This document shows positions 46,101 through 52,512 of a stretch of DNA of 52,512 nt, one piece after another; within the stretch, counting starts at the first letter, position 1, and each line of letters starts with the position of its first letter. The DNA is from a virus. Taxonomy: Duplodnaviria; Caudoviricetes. Both the position numbers and the translations under genes were made by a program. The stretch spans positions 1 through 52,512 of the IMG/VR virus record IMGVR_UViG_3300021368_000894; one strand, written 5' to 3'. The notes beneath the pieces were generated by a model. The model searched no databases. It worked only from the letters and a program-made list of their open reading frames with translations, and was not told the DNA's origin.

Positions 46101-49100
46101 TTGTCTAGCAGTGTAAATGTCTTTCTACCAAGAATGTTGCCATTACCAATGACACCCTCTACAGGATCATATGCAGGAGAGTCGATTTCAAGAACTTCAA
46201 CTGTAATGTAAGATGTTGCGTTCTCATAGAAAGTGATCTGGTCACCAACTTCAAACCCAGATGAAATCTTAGAAAAATCAGATTCAGGAGATTCAATAAG
46301 TCCACCAAACTCAAAAGGAGTATCATCAGGAGGATTGATAGCAAAATCACCAAATGGGAACATATAACCAATCGTCATGGTGTTGATCAGTGTTAGATCA
46401 AAAATACCTGATCCAGTAGTTGCATATTCATCATTAGGGAAGATTACATAGTTTGCATTACCGTCCCATGCCTGAGGTGGGGATTGCAGTGGACTATTAA
46501 TACCATAGAAAGGTCCATTAGCAGGTTGGTTATCACTGTTGCTAACCATCTTAAATCTGACCCAGTGAGCATACTCACCCTCTGCGATGGTGTTTGCTGA
46601 TCCAAGACCTACATATGCAAATGTTCCACTGATGTTGCCTGCTTTAGTAATTGCTTTAATAGAACCTACATAATCTTCCTTAGTAGCATAGCGACCATTG
46701 AAAGGTTGTGCCAGGACTAGTTCTCTAGCAATGATGCCTTCAGTATCATACTCATCGATAGAGATAGAACCAACACCTCTACGAATAACTGAAGTAGCAA
46801 CACTGACAAAAGAGTTCTGAACAACAGTGCTCTTTCTTTCTACAGTTACTGTCTTGGGAGCAAGTTCGATATAACTGATGGAAGTAGTTGGAGTCTGACC
46901 AGTTGGCATTGATGCTTCCTGTTCAGAATCAATCAGAACTTCGCCAAACAGTTGGAAACCTGCTGGGTGTGTGGTCTGCTTAATTAGATCTCTCCATACA
47001 TCAATAGCAGTTCTAGACTGAATGACATATGAGAAGTCTTGGTAATAATAAGAATCAGTTATCTTTTGATATCTACTGCCAACTTTACCTTTGTCGGATG
47101 CATATCTACCAAGGTTGTCAAAATAAGTTCTGATGTCAGAATCAAAGTCAGTATACAGAACATCTGATACTTCAACATTTCTACTTGGGTCTAATGTAGA
47201 AGAAAGACGCAGACTGGTATCTACAACACCATCTACTTTGTCAAGTCTGAGAATGTTTGATCCTACTCTCCAACCTTTATCAGCAACATAACCACTAAAA
47301 ATCAATGAAGAACCAACACGCTGCTCTACACGTTCTCCCTTAAAGAACTTGGCATCTCCTTTATAGATGATAGCGTAGTTTGATCTATAAGTAGACTCAA
47401 TTGTTGCATCATTATGGAAAGATCCGCCATTACTAATAATACTAATGTCTTGTGGTAGACCAATGGTTTCAGATTCAAAAAATGCATCAATACCACCCTC
47501 ATACACAGATACCGTGGGAGAGAAAGTATAACCACTACCACCTGACAATACATCGATTCTAGTGATTCTACCTTGGTCACTTGTTACGCTAAAGGTAGCA
47601 CCAACGCCATCTCCATTAGTGACAATTGCCTTAGGATTAATATAGTTCTTACCGCCATCATCAATTTGAACACCTTTAATCGATTGAGTGATAGAATCCC
47701 AAGATACATTTAATAGTGGTTCATTATTATCTGTTACAATACAACCCTCAACAATAGGAGATCTCTTATATCCTGCCCCAAGATTGTTGATTGTAGTTTT
47801 GGTAATCTTACCTTCTGCAAAAGGTGAAGATGTAGTATATGTAATGGTGCCTGTTCCTTGATAATCAGGAACGTCAGACAATTGATATGCAAACTTCGTA
47901 GGTGTTGTAAACTTGACTGTCTTAGGTCCAGTCAAAGGATCATCAATGACTTGCAATGCAGCATTATCCGTATTAACATCACTAGATGCCTTAATGAAAT
48001 AATAGTATGTGTCAAAGTTGACTGGGAACCTTTGTTGATCAAGACCAGCAATATTAGGACCAAATCCTAGAGTGATGGCAACAAACGAACCAGCGTTTCC
48101 TGGTTGAATGCCACTCACTTCTTTCTCTTCAGTAAAAATAGTTCCTGTTCTACTAGCAGAGAAATCAAGGAAAACACCATTCATAGAAAAATGACTGGTG
48201 TCAAACAAATAACGATAGTATTTCTGAATACGAATGTCAGTGTTTTTGCCATACGTTGCAAAGTTGACATCTTTAGAGAACTCTAGATTATTCTCGCCAG
48301 GAGTAGATGCAGCAATATTAATGGACTTTCTAGGAGAACTGTCATCCTGGAAAATACTGCTATTAGTAACTTCTCTAGGAGAAGGAGCGCCATAGTTATA
48401 TGCTAGAGTTACCTTCTGAGTTGTTGCATCGTAATCAATAACATAAGGGTCATTAGTACCATCACCTAGAGGTCTTGAGTCTTCTTGGAATCTATAAATG
48501 CCATTATAAAGTTTTACGGTAGCATTATCAAAGTGATTGGTAACGGTAGTGTCAAATTGACCTCTTTCAACAACAGCAGTTCTTTCATTACTATCAATAG
48601 ATGTAACCTTTACAATCTCACTATTAATTTGTAAATAGTCATTCTCAGACAGTTTCTGAACTGTTCTCAACTGCAATACAGTATTAGTTAGAGAGAAACC
48701 AACATGATCAACCTCTAATGCCAATCTTTGAGTTGATGTAGATTGATCTAGTCTATTGAGAGATGTATCAGCAACTGATAGAATATCACCCTTGATGTAA
48801 TTCTCTCCTTTGGATGTAATAGTAACTACACTGACACTACCATATCCAGTGCCATTGAAGTCACTAACAACAACAGTTGCTCTTGCGTTATCTGGATCAC
48901 CAACAGATCCAATATCAGGTCTTACTTTACTTTGATCAAAGAAAATGAGTTCAACATCCTCATATGTTCCCGCTTGATAGTCTACACCACCATTAAGAAC
49001 TTCCGACTTACCAACACCACTATCAGTCATCACTGTAGTGAAAGAAGGTGCTCGTAGTGTAACTTCTTGATAGAATCTCTTTCTTACATAATAAGTTGTT

Positions 49101-52100
49101 GTAGTGTCCACCTCACTAGGAATGAGATCCATATTCACAGCACTACCAACACCAACGTTATGTGGTTCAGATGTAGATACTAAAGCATAATTGTTATCAG
49201 CAGCAAATGCTTCAATATTTTTGCTTAGTTCATTGTAGGTTACAACTTCTAAACCTACAGTGTCTCCAAGAACTGTACTCTGGAGAAAATAGTTTCTATC
49301 AGCAGTTTCTGGAACAACAAACTCTCCTTGAGTTACTTCAACTCTAATTGAGTTCTGATTTGATACAGACTCAAGGATTCTACCTCTAGCAAGAACATCA
49401 TCATCACCATCTGTTAGGAGTAGTGTTGCGTTTGCACTAAATGTTCCATTGCCAGTCAAGATAAGACCAACAATGTTACTAGAAGAGTTTAATTTTTTAC
49501 CAGACTGGAAAGTTCCTGATACATTCTCAAGGACAAACTCATTTCTATTAGAAATGTCTCCAATGACTCTACCAGTATAATCACTATTTTCCTGAGTAAC
49601 AACATCTCCTTCAAACAAATAACATGGAGCAATAGTCTCAATATAAGAAACTGCTAATGTATTGCTAGGATCTAGATCATTTGACTTGAGAGATGTGACT
49701 GTCTTACCAGTAACCTCTGCAACAATTGCTGAGGCACCAGATCCTTCTGTTTCATTATCATTAACAATAAAACTGTTGCCAACTTTGAATGACGCTGGAG
49801 AATCCTCTACTTTTAATGAAGATACACTACCACTAGTGGTTTTGTTGATTTTTAAAACAGTATTGCCACCATTAGTAGGCATTCCTAGAGTTTTTAATCT
49901 CTTTGCATACTTGGGTAGATCATCCTGAGTCAGGTCTGCGTTATAGTTAGAATCAACAGGCAGTGAGTAGTAATTTGATCCTAGGATATATGGGAATGCA
50001 GGATCGCCATTAATATCAATGGTAATAAAGTATGCATAAACACCCTCTGGATAATCTGGTGTTACACAAAATCTTCCATTATTTTCATCTAATTCTAATT
50101 TGCCAGTCTGTGTGCTAGGTCTCCACTCATAATCTTCAATAAAAGTTCCAAGTGGGAACTCAGATGGATTAGGACCACCTAGTCTGTTGTCCTTTAGATA
50201 ATATGCTGATGATAGTCTACGGACTGCACTATTACCGTCTAAAGGGTTCTCAAAACCATAAGGACCATAAATGGGATTGCCATCATAAGCAAATCCCAAA
50301 ATAGGAGAGTGTGTAGTTCCATCGTCATTTAATTCTGTTCTAAGGGCAGTAGGATTAGCAACAATGCCATAACCAAATCCTTTCGTAGGATTATAGTTTT
50401 GGAATGAATATCCATTAGAAGAATCTAATTCAGACTGTAGTTTATTGTAGCGATCTTTGGTATATGTAACGATCTCAGATGTTGCTTCTGCCCCATCACC
50501 AACAGGTAAAATATCGATAATTACATTTCCCTTAGAGTAGAACTTACCTTCGTCTACTTGCTCAAAATCAACAATTTTACCATTTTCCAAAACAGCATTG
50601 TATTCTGCAAAACGACCTCTACCAAGACGGTCGATAATTCTTACTGTAGGAGGTGTAGTATAGTATTCACCTGCATCAATTACTTGAATACTTGTAATTC
50701 TACCAAAGGTAACAGTAGCAGATGCTTTTGCATTTCTACCAGAAGTAATAGTTACAGTTGGTGGTTCTGAATATGTAGACTGATCAAGAAGTTCAATGCG
50801 ATCAACAACCTCACCTGCTAAGAAAGATCTTGCCCTTCCTGGAATGTTGTTAACCAAAACATTAGGAGGATCTTGATATCCACCACCCTTCTGGAAAATA
50901 TTGAACTTGGTGATAGGACCAAAAGTAACTTGATCAAAATCTCTATAACTGAAAGCAAGAGTTCCATCAACAAAGATACCAACATCTCTTTGTGTTGTTG
51001 GATAAGATTCAGTAATAACCTGAGGATTCTTACGAATCAGTCTCATCGTCTTCTGATCTTGCAACGTCTGCTGAGTATTTGCAAGAAGAATAGGTCTAGT
51101 TGGGAAAGAAGACGAACAGATGTAGTAATAGTTGCTATCTTCGTATACAGCAGCAACGTCACCAGGCAGATCTCCAATCTGAGATTGAATGGTGGGATTT
51201 GTTGCTTCAGCATTCTCTTGACTTAGAATCCAACGAATGCTGTTTTCTGGAGTAACAATAATAGGATCTCTAGTCTCAAAACCTGCACCAGATACCTGAA
51301 TACGATCTCCTTCCTCAGAATATGGGGCAGGAGCATCAGTGCTTAGATTATAAAGGACACCAAGAACTAGAAGTTTGACATCTCCAGAGGTAACTGTGGA
51401 AACACTATAAACAGATTCTCCAGAAGAGTAGACAATATTGCTTTCTCTGCTACTTACTAAAAACTGAGTAACAGACTTGTCGCTATACTCAAACTCCTCA
51501 CCACGGATCATGAGTCTACCAGTAGGAGCAAATCCTTCTGTGGAAAACACATTGATACGATCACCAACAGTGAACCCGTTGTCAAAGTCTGCTGTCAGAA
51601 CAGTTTTAGACGCAATCTTAAATGTATTATTGACAGAAGATGTATCAAGAGCAATTTCATACAGTTGCTCACCATCAACAACACCAGCACTAAAAACATT
51701 GTCAACAATAGCAGATGCATAACCTGCCTTAGGATCAAATGGATCTACACTTTGAATAATCTCTTCACCAACGAGATCTGTTGCATCTCCCTCCAGAACC
51801 TTTACTTTTAGTGAGTAAGAGGTAATCCAGTCAGATGTAGACGCTTTAACAGTAAAGTCTTTTGGTTTTACAACCTCTGGGGTGTCATTGCCTACCAGAG
51901 TGTTGAAAATAAACTTGATTGATCTATCGGTGCCTTTTGCACGATAGAAACTAGAAATATTCTTGATTAGAGTTCTCTTGTCTACCTTCTCGTTCAGATA
52001 CTTCTCTGGGAACGATGCAAGATAGTCAGACTCAAAGTTCTTGACAATAGCATACAAGAACAGATTACTGATGTTCTGAACTCTAACGCCTGAGTTATGA

Positions 52101-52512
52101 CCTGCAGCAAGCGTTGTTACGAAGTTGCTTGATTCGTAAAGGTCTCCTAGTTTTGTATTGCCACTGACACCACGAGAGACATCACTGAGAGTGTTTCCAC
52201 TTCTTTCTTTATAGAACAAAATCTCATCATTAATCTTGATGTATCCGTTTTCCACAGGGAAAGATGATCCATCAACCAACTCAATAGTAGTATCACTCGC
52301 AGATACTGCTACTGCTAGTTCTGTGCCTTGTGCTAGAAGACTTTTCTCATAAAAATCGATATCACGATATTTCGTGATATTCTGAATCACGTCGAGAGGT
52401 TGACCTCTAAGTTCTAACTGCTCGTAATATTTTTCTACAACTTTAGAAAAATTTTCGTAGTCAGAAGAAATGAACTCAGGTAGTTGACTCTCAATTAGAG
52501 TAGATATTCTCC
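43112..52512 (-). CDS. gp7: Baseplate wedge initiator (gp7-like, >3130 aa), 5'-truncated by the window edge
   Basis: The frame stays open past 52390 (RISTLIESQLPEFISSDYENF...). Motifs LIKNISSFYRAKGT..SIKFIF and ITDSYYYQDFSYVI...W...IK...HPAGF.LFGE, a YHYH-like domain, and position upstream of gp8. Confidence 0.85.
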   Translation of the reverse strand, partial: RISTLIESQLPEFISSDYENFSKVVEKYYEQLELRGQPLDVIQNITKYRDIDFYEKSLLAQGTELAVAVSASDTTIELVDGSSFPVENGYIKINDEILFYKERSGNTLSDVSRGVSGNTKLGDLYESSNFVTTLAAGHNSGVRVQNISNLFLYAIVKNFESDYLASFPEKYLNEKVDKRTLIKNISSFYRAKGTDRSIKFIFNTLVGNDTPEVVKPKDFTVKASTSDWITSYSLKVKVLEGDATDLVGEEIIQSVDPFDPKAGYASAIVDNVFSAGVVDGEQLYEIALDTSSVNNTFKIASKTVLTADFDNGFTVGDRINVFSTEGFAPTGRLMIRGEEFEYSDKSVTQFLVSSRESNIVYSSGESVYSVSTVTSGDVKLLVLGVLYNLSTDAPAPYSEEGDRIQVSGAGFETRDPIIVTPENSIRWILSQENAEATNPTIQSQIGDLPGDVAAVYEDSNYYYICSSSFPTRPILLANTQQTLQDQKTMRLIRKNPQVITESYPTTQRDVGIFVDGTLAFSYRDFDQVTFGPITKFNIFQKGGGYQDPPNVLVNNIPGRARSFLAGEVVDRIELLDQSTYSEPPTVTITSGRNAKASATVTFGRITSIQVIDAGEYYTTPPTVRIIDRLGRGRFAEYNAVLENGKIVDFEQVDEGKFYSKGNVIIDILPVGDGAEATSEIVTYTKDRYNKLQSELDSSNGYSFQNYNPTKGFGYGIVANPTALRTELNDDGTTHSPILGFAYDGNPIYGPYGFENPLDGNSAVRRLSSAYYLKDNRLGGPNPSEFPLGTFIEDYEWRPSTQTGKLELDENNGRFCVTPDYPEGVYAYFITIDINGDPAFPYILGSNYYSLPVDSNYNADLTQDDLPKYAKRLKTLGMPTNGGNTVLKINKTTSGSVSSLKVEDSPASFKVGNSFIVNDNETEGSGASAIVAEVTGKTVTSLKSNDLDPSNTLAVSYIETIAPCYLFEGDVVTQENSDYTGRVIGDISNRNEFVLENVSGTFQSGKKLNSSSNIVGLILTGNGTFSANATLLLTDGDDDVLARGRILESVSNQNSIRVEVTQGEFVVPETADRNYFLQSTVLGDTVGLEVVTYNELSKNIEAFAADNNYALVSTSEPHNVGVGSAVNMDLIPSEVDTTTTYYVRKRFYQEVTLRAPSFTTVMTDSGVGKSEVLNGGVDYQAGTYEDVELIFFDQSKVRPDIGSVGDPDNARATVVVSDFNGTGYGSVSVVTITSKGENYIKGDILSVADTSLNRLDQSTSTQRLALEVDHVGFSLTNTVLQLRTVQKLSENDYLQINSEIVKVTSIDSNERTAVVERGQFDTTVTNHFDNATVKLYNGIYRFQEDSRPLGDGTNDPYVIDYDATTQKVTLAYNYGAPSPREVTNSSIFQDDSSPRKSINIAASTPGENNLEFSKDVNFATYGKNTDIRIQKYYRYLFDTSHFSMNGVFLDFSASRTGTIFTEEKEVSGIQPGNAGSFVAITLGFGPNIAGLDQQRFPVNFDTYYYFIKASSDVNTDNAALQVIDDPLTGPKTVKFTTPTKFAYQLSDVPDYQGTGTITYTTSSPFAEGKITKTTINNLGAGYKRSPIVEGCIVTDNNEPLLNVSWDSITQSIKGVQIDDGGKNYINPKAIVTNGDGVGATFSVTSDQGRITRIDVLSGGSGYTFSPTVSVYEGGIDAFFESETIGLPQDISIISNGGSFHNDATIESTYRSNYAIIYKGDAKFFKGERVEQRVGSSLIFSGYVADKGWRVGSNILRLDKVDGVVDTSLRLSSTLDPSRNVEVSDVLYTDFDSDIRTYFDNLGRYASDKGKVGSRYQKITDSYYYQDFSYVIQSRTAIDVWRDLIKQTTHPAGFQLFGEVLIDSEQEASMPTGQTPTTSISYIELAPKTVTVERKSTVVQNSFVSVATSVIRRGVGSISIDEYDTEGIIARELVLAQPFNGRYATKEDYVGSIKAITKAGNISGTFAYVGLGSANTIAEGEYAHWVRFKMVSNSDNQPANGPFYGINSPLQSPPQAWDGNANYVIFPNDEYATTGSGIFDLTLINTMTIGYMFPFGDFAINPPDDTPFEFGGLIESPESDFSKISSGFEVGDQITFYENATSYITVEVLEIDSPAYDPVEGVIGNGNILGRKTFTLLDKANNLPYSPYNEQELFLTLNGIAQEPGKAFRVSGSQITFSEAPLGPLFPQTGENLDDTYETDPAAFICRAFKFKEDTYNSRYLRKLKDLSPQFDGVADQFDLYWEDGTAVKADSGENFLIFINGVLQEAKESAEAPMGNAYYILRRTGTQPDAIVFAEPPRNFADDIDPVPVQLDQRENFYGYGVGSYDRFRIDNNLIPYRGVGPYLVFGEVDGRVKNITDDRFILVFVDGVLQNTNSYIINGPNLTFLSPISKYTPETGPAIQNRVRLISLYGRDVPKTLSFYDFDRCALTNEITISIERKITSAAGDAEYLEWQGRINEFNPSRPKNLFTITSDGTRKMIGKISQIRFDELADGSTLGTSKLGVVANRITMTVLNAQNFDFENLTYDPTQNVADDTRVSGLYISIEGDFSDAISFNVDNKEYAVNLSYSVDDEGRRILVRDVPGWLRGSELGNSAYYAKFNQLLDIQPGDEVLVDGENEYRKIEFIPTTANLRNFGEGQTAKYEHFAKVDVTNYNGIVRGEGLSITTQIDSTGRVSALGFSDLSWNKRDLQLFFDTGILLQPTAYQYFVPPQIKFVPVDGNGGGARAEVLTKDGQILDVVLTDPGHGYTQPPKAVVTRGYIVKRNENRIIDSLSVLNIETDIAAGGALSVVQTEVTVSGDGAVSSIFSILTFGVAGSVNLVSGDDITDHIWPDAVSSGDQLTTAPVEQWLIFDPTVMDEVATRLIVNEQVITCTINSVQSVATTQNVDSVSDEIVSTLIKQINTPIAYIKDESYNIIGAFLDAPLSPSANTVYVTSTSLFPDSGLLQIGKEIVSYESKLEDRFYNVTRGAEGTQAQAHPAGQYLRTIPNTVVVLPVGTTSFTSESSVSMTDAKCVEVKSQIEIESDTLSTISVSAEIEVGISIDLVTGMQVATEITKFEGHKRTTAISTVSGNAETIVNLSIGGISSTTYNVAVDLPVVNGRSKPADVTITRQTGIVDFVEELVVLQTSIKTRN

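Noticed and set aside
52-51722. Many short plus-strand and alternative-frame ORFs in the track
   Set aside because: They lie within or largely overlap well-supported minus-strand genes and show no recognisable motifs.
52388-52390. GTG at 52390 as the gp7 start
   Set aside because: The frame is open to the window edge and encodes a plausible gp7 N-terminal segment (ISTLIESQLPEFI), so the true start lies outside the window.
16986-52512. Inteins, introns or homing endonucleases explaining the giant ORFs
   Set aside because: I saw no Hint-domain end motifs, no LAGLIDADG, HNH or GIY-YIG signatures, and no reading-frame interruptions. Repeated structural modules account for the size.

Overview
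The window is a gene-dense segment of a T4-like myovirus genome, most likely a marine cyanophage. All credible genes are on the minus strand. Read in transcription order (right to left) it holds: a 5'-truncated giant baseplate wedge initiator (gp7-like), a small wedge-like ORF, gp8, a 2757-aa VrlC/DUF4815-like structural protein, a 1265-aa and a 3590-aa fibre/structural protein, and a ~13-kb accessory island where T4 has wac. The island has three tandem C1q/TNF-like genes coupled to a 2OG-Fe(II) oxygenase, then a chain of small adaptors and fibres. After it come gp13, gp14, gp15, gp16 and two small hypothetical genes. T4-type late promoters (core TAAATA) precede most modules. The most unusual signals are: (1) a four-deep nested domain architecture in the 3590-aa protein, with nesting also in two other fibres; (2) the translationally coupled 3x C1q + oxygenase cassette; (3) fibre genes whose matching terminal motifs suggest plug-and-socket assembly; (4) two late promoters lying in hairpin loops, one hairpin covering a ribosome-binding site. 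I saw no tRNA, rRNA, CRISPR array, reverse transcriptase, integrase, intein or homing endonuclease. Family calls come from motif recognition and gene order only; no database search was run.
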